From: Octopus sinensis
Lineage: Eukaryota
DNA length: 64,000 nt
Direction of reading: 5' to 3'
Assembly (NCBI RefSeq): GCF_006345805.1
Contig: NC_043011.1
Location: 38,266,464-38,330,463, forward strand
The notes beneath the pieces are model-generated. The model was not told the origin of the DNA. It saw only the letters and a program-made list of their open reading frames with translations, and did not search any database. This document shows positions 26,760-41,105 of this stretch, piece by piece. Position numbers and translations under genes: made by a program. The stretch's first letter is position 1. Every line of letters starts with the position of its first letter.

Positions 26760-29700
26760 GTTTCTTTATAGCCACACAGGGCTGCACACAGATAGAACAA
26801 ATTACAAGGTGAGCTTTCTTTTGAAGGTATTAAAAAAAAAAAAAAAAAAAAAAGGGAAGGGGGAGGTTCGATCAAAAGGGATCGTAAAGGGGAGAAAGAG
26901 GACAAAAATAAGGGGGTAAAAAAAAAAAAAAAAAGGGGGGGGGGAGGGAAAAATGATCAATAGGGATCGTTATCACAGAAATGTCAATATGAAGTGTAAG
27001 GGGAGGACAGGTGAGGTTTACCCGTGGAAAGAAAAGCCGGCGGAAAAGACCACGGTAACCTCGGTCAATGAAGTCAACATTTTTATATTTCTTTTTTTTT
27101 TTTTTTTTTTTGCAATAAGCAACTCTCTGTTTTCGATTTCTGGGGTCATAGGACTATGCTCAAGGTGGTTCGTCATTCATACGTGCCATTCTTGCTACAT
27201 TCACCATCTTTTTTTAAAACATTCGCTAGACAAAACTTGCCTCTCTACTCTCACTTTCCTTTTCAAGTGGTACTTGAAGAAGTTGATGAGAGTTGACCAG
27301 AGAGGAAAGTGTTTGTCTCCAATCCTTTCAGACGCGTCCACCAGATACATTTTTCGCCATAGCCACAAGGATGATGAAAATAGCTCTTCCTTCCCGTTTG
27401 AAGGAAGGAGGCGTGACAATATTGACGATAGACTCAGCTGATAAACCGACTCGTCCCACACGTGACAGCAGTTGTTCGACATAAGCCCACAGGTCGGAAA
27501 TTGTTGGACACTGAACGAGTGCGTGCAGAACGGTTTCGTCGCTCTGACCGCATCTCGGGCAGGTCGGCCCCGTGTTTCTCGAGCCGTGTCTGTAGAGCTT
27601 ATCCTGAAACGGTAGCGCTTCTCGGTAGCACTGCCAGGCCAGGGATCTCTGGAAGTTGTCCATGGGCCCTGGCCCGAAAGTCGTCCCGAACAGGCGGGTC
27701 AGGTACTCCTCGTCGACGTCAGGTTCGCCCCGAGCTCGTCGTCGTACCTCCCTCCACTAAACCCCTATAGAATGCTTTGGTTGTGTTGAAGTCACTTAAG
27801 GTCGACCCAGGACGGCAGAGTTGCTTGAGAGCAACGCGACACTCGCGGTGCCTTCGCCCTCCTCGGCCTCTTTTTGATCCACGACTGCAGTTCGGTCATG
27901 GAGACGAGCTGCGGGAAAGCGTGCCTCACAACCGGACGACACACACTGTTCACCGTCGTCTACATAGAGCCAGAGATGTCGCAGTCTCAGCGCGTGTCTG
28001 CGCATCATCAACCACGGCATGCCCAGCCCTCCTTTTAACGGGTGTTGACAGCAAATGGATCGCCTGACCATCGGGACGCATCCTTTCCACAAGAAGCGAA
28101 AGAGGATGCGTTGTAGTTTGGTGATGGTAGGGTCGGGACAAGGTACGACGGTCAGGCGGTAGTAGATGACGGACGCGATGTACGTGTTCGCCACCTCCGC
28201 TCGACCTTTTAGGGGACAGTTTCCTCTCGGCCCATTGCCGGGCGAGAGTGACCACCCTACTCGTTATCTCGTTCCAGTTCTTCTCCACTTGGAGGTCCGG
28301 ACCAAACCAGACCCCGAGCAACTCAACCGGGCCGTCGGTCCAGCGTCCCACGACGGGCGCTGGTGGACGGCATGGGCTTGCTTCTCCAGGTGCCTAGTCG
28401 CAAGCCCACTGACTTTTCCCGGTTGATTTTCGCTCCTGTCACCGCTTCGTAGTTTTTTCAGTGTCTCGCCGACCAGCTCGATGTGCTCGTGGCTAGACAC
28501 TATGACGGTGACGTCGTCCGCGTATGCAGACACGCTCGTCCCGCATCCCAATTCTCGCGGGATGCCCTTAGAGTCGCCAGCTTCCGCAGTAGTGGCTCAG
28601 AGTTCAATACGTATAGAAGCGCCGAGAGGGGCATCCCTGACGGACCGAACGTGCAATGTCGAAAGGTCTCGATAGATGTCCATTACGCGAATTACCGAAC
28701 GGATGCCTCTGTACAAGGCAGCTATCCAGCCGCGGAAGACGGGACCGAAACCAGCCGCTCTCAGGACTGCCTCCAAGTATCGATGGTCTACCCTATCAAA
28801 GGCTTTTGATTGATCCAAGTTGATCAGGGCCCCACCATGCCAGGTTCGTTAACTACCCTGTCTATGATGTAGCGCATCAGATGGAGGTGTCATGGATGGT
28901 CCGGCCTGGCACGGCGCATGTTTGCGCCTTGTCGACCAGTTTCTCGATGACAAGCGCCAACCTCTTGGCTAGCACCTTGGCAAAATTTTCAAGTCTGCAT
29001 AAAGCAGAGTGATGGGCCTAAAGTTATCTATTACATTTCCCTTGTTTAGATCTTTCTTCAGCAGTGTTACGGCTCCTCGGCTCACAAAACCAGGAATGCT
29101 CCCGTTTTGCTGCCAGTTGCAGTACACGCCGCCAAGAGATCTCCAAACAAGTCTGGCATACAATTGTAAAGCTCGTAGGGTAGACCATCCAAACCCGGTG
29201 ATTTGTCCCTCGAGCATTCTGCCATCGCTTCCCGCACTTCCGCCGCCGTGATGGCACCTTCGCAGCACCCTGCCTTCTTGTCGAGAGTCGTGGTAGGCTA
29301 TGTAGGTAGGCACTGAAGTCCACCCTACGTTCTTGCCCTCCACTCGTTCCGAACAGTCGGGCAAAATGCTGCTGAAAGGCCTCACAATTTTACTTGGCTC
29401 GAGCAATTCGCGCCCTGTTTCATCTACCAGTGACCGAATGGTGGCTTTGTTGCCCTGTTGCGCCTCTGCCACCCGGGCCTCTCGCGGCTCCAACACCTTC
29501 GTTCCTTAGAGCACGCATCCTAGCTCTGACAGCACATCCTTCGTGTTTGGCGTTGAAGTGTTGGTCGAGGGCCAACCTCGCCGTCAAAACGTCGGATGCG
29601 ATGCCGCTTCTAATTGCCTCTTCTAGCTTCTTAACTAGCTCACCTCTACTCTATTTCTATCTATGGCTAGTGCTTTGCTGTACCTAATCGCTTCTGCTTT

Positions 29701-30581
29701 TACTGCTCTCTTGAGGGCAAACCACCATTTGTTGTTGATGATGGCTCCCGTCAAAGCCCTCTTTACTAGTGTGCTAATCCGGTCTCTGAAAACTTGTCTC
29801 GATGGGAAAGACGCGTTTAGTTTCCAGTATCCGGGACCCTGCCTAAGTGTCTTACCTAAGTCTAGCGTACATGTCACAAGTTTGTGATCCGTGTAGCTGA
29901 CTATGTGGAAATGGGACATCCTATGCTATCTCTATCTACTGTCCTACACAGTATCCTATCTAGATACGATCTCGACGACCCGATGCGGTTGCTCCATGTC
30001 ACGTTGGCGCATTCGGGTGGTCTAGTCGAAACCTGTCAGACAGTTGAGGTGAAAGCGTCTGAGCAGGTCTCTGAGGCATTTGCATCCCCGTCTATTCCTA
30101 TCTCTACCCCACGTAGTCTACATGCGTGTCCAAGGTAGCATTCCAATCCCCCACTAAGAGTAAAGGACGAGACGTTCCCAAGAAAACTTCTAGACGTTGA
30201 AAGAAATCCGCCCGACCTGTTAAGGGCGGTGCGTAAACTGATACGAGCCGAAAAGCGCACCCATTGCTGCCGTCGACATCCAGGACGACCAGTCTACCTC
30301 CGGGTCTACGAATATTGTCCTTACATTGAGATCCAGACTCTTGTGAAAAAGTTACGCGGTGCCACTACCGCCCATTCTCGGCAGACAGGGGGAAAAATAA
30401 ATGTTGAACTGTCCGCCAAACATGGTCTTTAGGGCCCGCGGATGTGGAGTCTGGTCTCGCTTTATGGCTATGATTTCTAACTTATGTGACTTTATGTCAT
30501 TTAAGAGGTACCCTTGTTTCCAAGGGGACCCAAGCCACGCGCATTTACACAACCAATCTTGATCATAGTTCTAATGAATTA
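26760..30581 (-). mobile_element. Tx1/L1-clade non-LTR retrotransposon, 5'-truncated (ORF2 plus 3' UTR)
   Basis: GC-rich 3.8 kb island. The 3' end reads ...GGCTATAAAGAAA into (TATC)n and the 5' junction abuts (GATA)n. No ORF1 seen. Confidence 0.92.
27150..30566 (-). pseudogene. ORF2: APE endonuclease, reverse transcriptase and C-terminal Cys/His motif, frameshifted
   Basis: ATG at 30566 gives MIKIGCVNARGLGSPWKQG. Further motifs: SDHKLV-like YTDHKLV, GPGYWKLNAS, NFRPITLL, DQSKAFDRVDH, SAYADDVTVIV (28513-28524) and CPRCGQSDETVLHALVQC. Stop position approximate. Confidence 0.93.
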
Positions 30582-30583
30582 GG

Positions 30584-30687
<104 letters not shown>

Positions 30688-31019
30688 GATATAGATATAG
30701 ATATACTTACACACATATATGCTATTATACAAATTTCCAGAATTCTGGCCTATGCCACATGCATGCACACAACTATGAATGCCCCAGTGTATTTCTATGC
30801 ACTCATGCAAATGTCAAAACATAGATTCGCAGGCACAATTTCATGCAAGCATGCAAATATGCATATGTACAGGTGAATACGTGCATACATAACTAACGTG
30901 TTGGTTTTGCAGAAATTGCAGCCAAAGAGATATCTTTTTTTTTCTATTACACTTTTCTTCTTACAATATTACAGAATTGAAAACAGAACATCATGTATGT
31001 ATTATATATATGGATATAT

Positions 31020-31052
<33 letters not shown>

Positions 31053-31067
31053 ACACAATATATATAT

Positions 31068-31113
<46 letters not shown>

Positions 31114-31314
31114 TGTATGTATTATATATATGTATATATATCTACAGAGAGAGAGAGAGAGAGAGATGGATAGGGGAGAGAGAGAGAATAGGAGCGATAA
31201 ATGCATATATACAAATGAGCGTGTGTGAGAATGTATACGTATGTTTGTGTGTGTTTGTGTGTATGTGGGTGGGTGTGTATATATATATACATAGAAAATG
31301 AGGGAGAGAGAGAC

Positions 31315-31648
31315 CCCTGTCGCTCATAACTGATCATAGGATTGCACCTACAAAGTTACCCTCCCAGGCACATATCTGGGCAAAGTTTATTTATGGAAAC
31401 CTGCAGTCGGCCATGCATACCGGCCTCCCCTCTACACGCCACCAGTGCTATCCAAGGGAAAGGCAAAGGCCAATACAGCTTGGTACCAGTGACGTCGCAA
31501 CTCATTTCTACAGCTGAGTGAACTGGAGCAACGGGAAATGAAGTATCTTGCTGAAGAACACAACACGCAGCCCGGTCCGGGATTCGAACTCACAACCTCA
31601 CGATCGTAAGGTCGACGTTCTCAGCACTGAACCATGCACCTTCACTTG
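31315..31648 (-). mobile_element. tRNA-derived SINE, family D
   Basis: B-box GAGTTCGAATCCC followed by TTGCTCCAGTTCACTCAGCTG core. Related copies at 47545-47870, 54825-55140 and 59605-59860. Confidence 0.85.
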
Positions 31649-31821
31649 GTTCAGAATTTATATACATACATATATGTATATATGTGTGTGTGTATGTATG
31701 TATGTATAATATATATATATAATATTAACATATATATATATATATATTTATTTATATATATAATATATATAAATACATACATACATACATATATATATAC
31801 ATACATACATACATACGTATA

Positions 31822-31852
<31 letters not shown>

Positions 31853-32712
31853 CACATAGGTAACAAGTCTATAAAAGTTCTTCAGATATTCAGGCTCTTG
31901 GGAAGTACATTTATCTGACATATCAATAACTCAGAATAACTACTCACTTAACTCTGCTAATGGCAACTGTTATTGGCATATTATTGTTCCCTGCAAGTAT
32001 ATTCAAATACACTTACACCCTCCATAACAACCATCCCGCTGTAGATAAAGGACATATAATTGATCCGCTCTCTTCAACAGACCTAATGATCTGCTATAAA
32101 ACATATATTATTCCTTTATTATTGAGGTACTTGTTCCTGTTTTAAATATTTCACATTATAGAAGGGATATGAGAGATATCTGTATGAAGTTCAACTGCCG
32201 GAAACAGCAACTGAAGTCCCATTAAAACTATTTTTAAAGGAGGGTTTAAATAATAAAAGGTGTCCATACTATGTAACTTTCACGATGTGATGATGGATCA
32301 TGGGTGCACTTTAGGCCGTTTGAGCTTATAAAACAACGCGCACTTCCAAGGTGCATGTGCCTGGATGTATGTCAGATTAAATGCGATATATACGTATAAT
32401 CACACACATTCACACGCAAACACACACACATGTATATGCGTATATATATATATAAGTAGTTGAATGAATTATCCTAGTATAGATAATTCGGTTAACCGAT
32501 ACCCGGGTAGCAAATTCACGTCAGAAAAACACGGTTGGAGCTACATGCCAAGGGCAGAGATCACGTGCTTTCGTGTGGAAATTTGTTGGTGTGTTTTTTA
32601 ATACAAATAAATGAAAGAATATATATATATATATATATAATATATTATATATATATATATATATTGCTTATTGTCTGTCTCTATCTATATTTATCTATCT
32701 CTTCTCTCTCTC

Positions 32713-32768
<56 letters not shown>

Positions 32769-34024
32769 CTAATGCATTAATACATCCTCGTGCGGATATA
32801 TACACATACTCGTAGACCTGTATTGATAATATTATATATATATATATATAGGTAGATATGTATGATTATGACACATATGGAAGCATTTATATAAAATACC
32901 TCCGCGAGCTATTAATGACTATATAACAATAAATAACGATACACACGAGAGCAGCTGGCAACGGAAGTCATCCTTGTAGAATAGATATTACTCAATACAC
33001 AACTTATTCTAGAATAGAAGTGTCGTTAATTCTTTTTGCATTCTATTCGTAATGTTGACATTAACTGGGTAAGCAATGCTGTTTCGTTAATACTCTGCGC
33101 AATATTGAATTAGAACGACACAATCATAAAATGTGGATAAAGTCGGTTAGAATGTTAATGAAATCAAAGTAATAAAGAAAAAGAATCCGAGAACCCATAT
33201 ACATTTATTCTGAATTACTTTTGGTGATTTTTAATCGCTTTTAATTGTGAAGGTGAGAGAATACTAATTAGGCATTAATTTAACAACGTGAGATATTTTA
33301 GGAATTAGTTAAAGGAATAACGCGTACGCATATGTATATATCTTAACATCATCTTTCTATATTCTAAATATTTGGCTGAGTATAGTGCGTTCCAATATTT
33401 AGTAACTCCTAAAAACAACAGAAATTTTTATGACGGTATGCACGCAAACACATTTAAATCTAGATCGCATTCACATGTGCATTCTTTACGTTTTACGATA
33501 GAATGAAGTATATGCCTTACGGTTCTTAATTTGCAATTTTATAGTGAAATATAATTTCACACGGTGTTAATTGGAGTATGTTTACCCGAGAGGACTACAA
33601 ACTGGATGGTCCATCTACGTTTCTATGTTATGGTAAGTATATTGTATGCATATTATTATAACTGACATATATTTGAAGCCATAGACATCAAATTCAATGA
33701 GTCCTTGTTAATTGGCTTCAAGAGATTTCAAGAAGGAAATGATAGCAATCTAGTCTGATGAGATATGTCATCTATATATACTGAAGGACAGCCATCATTG
33801 AGATTTTGATATCATTATTGTAACCATCGTTATTCTCATTTTGTTAATCATCATCATCATCATCATCCTGTACATAAATAAATTACATATTTGTATATTT
33901 CTAGCAAGACATCGGTCAGGCGAAACATTTTCTGAAGCATACATATTGGGATATTTAAAATTTGCGTTTGGGAATTGCATCATACAAAGTTGGATAATAA
34001 TATTCCAATTTCTCAGGTATAATG

Positions 34025-34335
<311 letters not shown>

Positions 34336-35443
34336 TGACATGGGCAATGGTTTCACCTACTCGATTACAGATGTGGTACTATCATCATAATTTAGGGCAT
34401 ATATATATATATATGTTGGTCTTTTGCTGAATTTTTTTCTTGAGAACACATTCTTCGTGGAAAATGGCGATTTTGCCATCTATATCTAGAATATAGGCTG
34501 TCTAGTTTTAGTGGTCAGTCCTCTAAATTTTGTATATATATATATATATAAAGAGAGAGTGGGGGAATATATGATAAACAAGACGTAGTTTATCTCATCT
34601 GTTTCCAACGCACGTTTTGCTATTGTGGCTACGTGAAATAATCTACTAGAAATAATCGCTTAATGAAATCATTTCGACCCAGTTGTTTTTTAAGAAGCTA
34701 TGTTGAAAATCACCTCTTTTCTTTTGTTTCATTGGGCAGCATATTAGACTATTTTCTTCCTAAATAGCACAATTTGAGACAATGAATCTTTAGGCTAAAC
34801 CTCTGGAATGAAGATTACTACAACCACATAGAGGTCTCTTTAATGATGGAATATTATTGATGATCTTGTTGTTGTATACATGATCTGTGACCACAGAAAC
34901 GTAATAAAATGCCAGCAAATAAATAGTCTCACGTCAGATATTCAAGCTCTACATATTAAAAAACTGATGGATGTGTTATAGTTCCATAGTGATGGTCCAA
35001 ATAAAAACTGCCAACAGGTTTCAACTGGTAGCTAGTGATAAACAAACCATACTAGAAATGGCCAGATAAAGGCAAATATAGGCAGATAAAGACTCGTAAA
35101 GGAGAAAGGTGAAAAGATGGCTGCCGATATTAAGATTCTACCAGATAATTTTGCTTACATAAAATATTATACTACTAATACACTTAGCTAATGCATGCTT
35201 TCGAAAACAACTTATATATATCTGAGGCATGTGTATGTCTGTGTATCTGTATATACATATATATACACAGCAGAGATATATGCTTGATATATATATATAT
35301 ATATATACAGAGAGAGAGGGGGTGAGAGAGACAGACAGAGAGGGAGGAAGATAAAAACAAAAATTTTCTGGCCCTCTCTGTCTCTCAATGTAGTTCTCCT
35401 TCCCCTTATACATATATATGTGAATATGTTTTGTATACATATG

Positions 35444-35524
<81 letters not shown>

Positions 35525-35629
35525 AATATATATATTATATACACATATATACATATATTTACGCGTATATATGTATTTGTATATGTATATAAATTCATAT
35601 ATGTATATGCATATACACATATTCTTTTA

Positions 35630-36262
35630 TTATTTTATTCTTTCACTTGTATCAGCTATTTGACTTCGGCCATGCTGGGCCACCACCTTTAGTCGAACAA
35701 ATCGACCCAAAGACTAATTCTTTGTAAGTCTAGTACTTATTCTATTCGCTCTCGTTTGCCGGACCGCTAAGTTACGGGGACGTAACACACACCAACATCG
35801 GTTGTCAAGCGATGGTGAGGGCACAAACACAGCCACACAAACATATACATACATAATACATACGTACATACATACATACATACACAATTTAAATTTAGGA
35901 TGCGTAAAAAGTATTAACTTGTTTAGAAATAGGGGCTAAACTGCCAATTCAACCGCGTGAAGTCGCCAAATAACAGAATAAACATCAGCGGTTGAGGAAT
36001 CGTATAAAGAATTGAGACATTAAAAAAAAAACCAGACAAATAAAAGAATATGCCATTTATTCTAAAGTGGTTGATGTTTTTTCCACATCCTCATGACTTG
36101 TGCTAACTTGAAATTTTATAGCTATAGAATGCTACTAGATCTGTTGAACCACCTATGTTACGTCTCTTGATATTATCAATTAAGATATTTACCGCAGATG
36201 ATATTAAGAACAGTAATATCTTATTTCGAGTATAAATACTCAAAATGCTTTTGCTCGTGTAT

Positions 36263-36319
<57 letters not shown>

Positions 36320-36485
36320 TATATATACGACAAGGTTCTCTCCGTTTCCGCCTGCCAAATCCATTTCACAATGCTTTGGTCAGCCCGAAGCCATAGTAGA
36401 AGACACTTGTCCAAGGTGCCACGCAGTGGGACTGAACCCGGAAGTATGTGGTTGGTAAGCAGGCTACTTACCACACAGCCGCTCA
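35630..36485 (-). mobile_element. SINE family A split into 3' half (35630-35860) and 5' half (36325-36485)
   Basis: Both halves have the same orientation and are separated by ~460 nt of unrelated sequence and TA repeats. Confidence 0.7.
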
Positions 36486-36666
36486 TACTATATAATATAC
36501 ATCAAATTCCACCGAGGTCGACTTTGCGTTCCGTCCTTTCGTGGTCGATAGATGAGGTAACAGTTCCGTACTAGGGTCGATCTAATCCACCGGCTCCCTC
36601 CTAAAATATTTCAGGCCTTGTGCCTAAAGTAGAAAAGAATATATATATATATGCATATATATTTAT

Positions 36667-36699
<33 letters not shown>

Positions 36700-36843
36700 C
36701 AAATAAATAAATAGATAGATAGATATATATGGGTGTATATATGTATATGTATTATATATTGTGTGGTGTATGTGTATGTATATTATATTATACATATACG
36801 ACCCACCATTTACTGACTTACATATTATATATATAATATATAT

Positions 36844-36875
<32 letters not shown>

Positions 36876-36876
36876 G

Positions 36877-37075
36877 GGAGAGTTTACGAAAAAACTAAAC
36901 ACGAAGACAGGTGGTATACAAAACAAACAGATGTATTAGTATAACGCTCAGAATAGAAATATTTGTTTACGTTTTCGAGCCTACGCTCTTCTACAGAAAG
37001 GAATACAGAAAAAAACAAGGAGAGAAACAAGGAGAGAAAAATGTGTGTAGAGGGAACCATCTATCATGGCGACTG
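36877..37075 (-). mobile_element. Short PLE-tail-like repeat with variant hammerhead, copy 1 of 4
   Basis: Shared block GTTTACGAAA...GGTGGTATACAAAACAAAC...TTTACGTTTCGAGCCTACGCTCTTC(T/C)ACAGAAAG. Other copies at 40949-41105, 57965-58055 and 60333-60530. Confidence 0.75.
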
Positions 37076-37121
<46 letters not shown>

Positions 37122-38363
37122 TAGATACACAAGCTGCTTCTTGCAAATTAGGGAAGTATCAGAGAAAGAAATAGCCAATATGTACTATAATAACAGAATC
37201 TTTTATAATCTTTAAAATCTGATATTAGAGTATGATTTTGAAAGTCCATTTGAATGAAACCCAAACGGGAAGCAGAAAATAGCAACGTTGTGGTGTTAAT
37301 GTATTTCGACATGCACTATAAGCACATATACACGGCGATACACACAGGTACACTTAAATATATTATAAATATATACATACTTACTAATACGTACGTGTGT
37401 ATGTCTTTATATATTCATATAGATCTATATGTGTGTTTGTGTATGTGTGTGTGTTTGTGTGTGTGTGTGCGTGAATATATGTATGAGTGTGTATATTCCC
37501 ACGCTTATGTACATACATAGGAATATGTCTATATAGAAGCTTACACTCAAACACACACACACACACCAGTATGTGGCCTTGCTTCGAAACATGTTCACAC
37601 GTGTATAATTTATGTATTTACTTAAGTATGTATGTATGTATATGTGTGTGTGTGCGTGTGTGTCCCCGTGTGAGTGTACACATACACATATAAATATATT
37701 CACATGCTCATACATACACACACATATATATATATGTAAAAATATAGATATACACGTGTATAGACACACTTATACATGTATGCGTTTATTTAGAAATACA
37801 TATATGTATAACAATACGCACACACACACAGTCACATATATATATATTATATATATATATATAATATATTATATATATATATTATATGAATATATGTACA
37901 CACCTGCATAGACTCACACATAAATACGTACTTACATACATATACGTACAAATATATATATATATATATATATATAGTACACATATACATACATACATAC
38001 ATATGTATGTGTCAGTACTTGCATATATACAACACGAAAAGTCACGGGTCAGCTGTAAAGCAGTCACAGTGTTGTACGAAGGAGGAGTTATGGTTGTAAA
38101 GCTAAAAAGGTTAATGGGATTCTCTCATGGTTTACATTATTTTCTTTTCACTTCACTGATCTGTTATTTTATTCTAGTTATTTTTTCATTTTTATTTCAT
38201 GTAGTCATTATTTATGTCCAGCATATAAGCATTTATATATATATATAAATAGCGTTCGAGATAGTAGTTAGCATCAACACTATCGGCAGCGTCTGCAAGG
38301 TGGAAAAATATTCACAGCGACAACACTATGAACAAGAGCAACAAATTTTTATTCCACTGCTCT

Positions 38364-38418
<55 letters not shown>

Positions 38419-38457
38419 GCTGTGGCTGCTGCTGCTACTACTACAACCACCACCACC

Positions 38458-38531
<74 letters not shown>

Positions 38532-38574
38532 TGATAATAATAATAGATGCACTGATGCAGTACCAGGCAACGGA

Positions 38575-38895
38575 TCTCATTGAATGCCCTGATGCAGTAC
38601 CAGACACTGGCTCTCATGTCTTCTGATCTTAACTGATTGGAAGTGTTATCGTGTACATTGTTTTGTCTTGGTATAAAAGATGGGCTACAGCAAATATTCT
38701 GCTCAGTACCATAAAGCTGCCTGTGAGTTGTTTGACCATAACAAGCTGACCATGTCCCTTAGTGGCTGACGATATGTGCATCTCTGATCACGAGCAGAAG
38801 TAGGGGGGGGGCATTATAGCCATGTGTTGAGAGGGATTATTTGGGCTTAGAATAGTTCACCTCTGGAAACATGGGTGTTTCGTTCAACATCCTTA
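38575..38895. mobile_element. Probable interspersed repeat, unclassified
   Basis: A complex-sequence block between two microsatellites. I recall it as a common octopus repeat, but it is single-copy here and unverified. Confidence 0.4.
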
Positions 38896-38953
38896 AACAA
38901 CTTTTATTCAAGGACCTTTTGAGCGAAGAAGAAAGAAAATTCTATTATTATTA

Positions 38954-38985
<32 letters not shown>

Positions 38986-39396
38986 GTTGTTGTTGTTGTT
39001 GTTGTTGTTATTATAATTTTGGTGCGATTAGATCGACCCCAGTGTTCGAACCCTGAAGAATGAAAGGCAAAAACGACCGCGGCAGATTTTTTAAAACTCA
39101 GAACGCAAAGACGGACTGCTAAGAATTTTCGCCGGCGCACTTTGAATGCTTTGTAAATATAAGACTTGAAAACTGAAGTTATGGAAATGCGGTAACTGAA
39201 AACTTGTACAGTATCAGTAATTAGCGCTGGACTTCAAATACTGAAAATATAAAAGGGGAAAGTATTTGGAGCAGATTCCTAGAAACCCGTACCTGCAGGA
39301 AATACAGAAAACAGCGCTCAACGTTATTTGAAATTATTTGGGATTTTGGGCAGCCCTCCGTCTCTCCATCTATTATTATTATTATTATTATTATTA

Positions 39397-39460
<64 letters not shown>

Positions 39461-39765
39461 ATTATTATTATTAATGTTGTTGTTTTTGTTGTTGATGTTG
39501 ATGTTATTTTAGCACGCCGGACAAAACGATTAGCTACATTTCGTCCCTCTTTACGTTCTGAGGATACATACGACGGGATAGACTTTGTTTTTCATCCTTT
39601 CCGGGGTCGTTAAAATGAGTAACAGTTACCCACTGAGGTTGATGTAATTACTTGATTCGTGCCAAAATTTGAAACCGTTGTTATTTCTCCTCCCTGGTAA
39701 AATACTTAGCGTCACTTCGTCCCTCTTTAAGTTTCGAGTTCAAATTCCGCTAAGGACTAGGAGTG

Positions 39766-39946
39766 GCTGTGTGGTAAGTAGCTTGCTTATCAACCACCTG
39801 CTTCCGGGTTCAGTTCCACTGCGTGACACCTTGGGCAAGTGTCTTCTACTATAGTCTCGGGCCAACCAAAGCCTTGTCAGTGGATTTGGTAGACGGAAAC
39901 TGAAAAAAAACCGTCGTATATATGTGTATATATATATGTGTACATA

Positions 39947-40030
<84 letters not shown>

Positions 40031-40247
40031 GTGTGTGTATGTTTGTGTGTCTGTGTTTGTCCCCCAACATCGCTTGATAAACGATGCTGCTTTGTTTACG
40101 TCTGTGTAACTTAGCGGTTCGGCACAAGAGACCGATAAAATAAGTACTAGGCTTACAAAGTATGAGTCCTGGGGTCGATTTGCTCGACTAAAAGCTGGTG
40201 CTCCAGCATGGCCACAGTCAAATGACTGAAACAAGTAAAAGAGTAAG
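39766..40247 (+). mobile_element. SINE family A, full length
   Basis: Head, (TA)n(TG)n insert, body and AAAAGAGTAAG tail. Confidence 0.92.
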
Positions 40248-40894
40248 ATCACCTTCGTCGGTCATCCCTTCCGGATCGATAGCACTGGGGTCGACGTAAT
40301 CGCTTTACCCTTACACCGAAATTGCTGGCTTCGTGCCAACATTTTAAACTAGCATGATATAGCGCGGAATATTACAGATTTCCACGTCAGTTCTTGCAGA
40401 TCGAATCACTACTAAAAACCCATCTACTATACTCTTAAACAATTCTGCAAATTTGCGGTCTTTTCCATCAGATAACAACAAGATTATGCGTATGATATTG
40501 AAAGAGAAAAACAAAGTAAAAGAGATCTGAAATCATGCGTTGCAATATCTACGCCGTATTCTTTACAACCATTATCAACCAATATAATAAATGTCTTCGC
40601 TATATTCCTTTTTATCATTACCGTTCTTTATCTCATATACATAAGAAAAATGGTTCTCCCTTTCTTGCGACAATGAGTATTCTGTTCTGTCATAAACTGA
40701 GCTACATTTTCATTAAATTAGCTGAAAGCTGGAGTAAAAATTATACCGTCACGCGTACAGGTCGCCATTTTAAATGGCAGTATTAGTCAGCCGATGCGTT
40801 TCCGGGGAGCTTTCGCCACATCATTTCGTTTATGAGGTTTCTCTCACTTCCTCTCTGTTTCTCTCTCCTTCTCTCGCCATCACTTTTTATGTGT

Positions 40895-40935
<41 letters not shown>

Positions 40936-40948
40936 TATGTATATATGT

Positions 40949-41105
40949 AGGAGAGTTTACCAAAAAAAAAAAAACCAAGACAGGTGCTGCACAAAACAAA
41001 CAGATGTATTAGTATAATGCTCAAGAATATAAAAAAGTCTTTTACGTTTCGAGCCTACGCACTTCTACAGAAAGGGACACAGAAAAAACAAGGAGAGAAA
41101 AAATG
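40949..41105 (-). mobile_element. PLE-tail-like repeat with variant hammerhead, copy 2
   Basis: Matches 36877-37075. Confidence 0.75.

Noticed and set aside
40790-40826. Degenerate hammerhead-like ATGATGT...GGAAACGCATC on the minus strand
   Set aside because: Core mutated at several positions and stem II incomplete; at best a dead relic.
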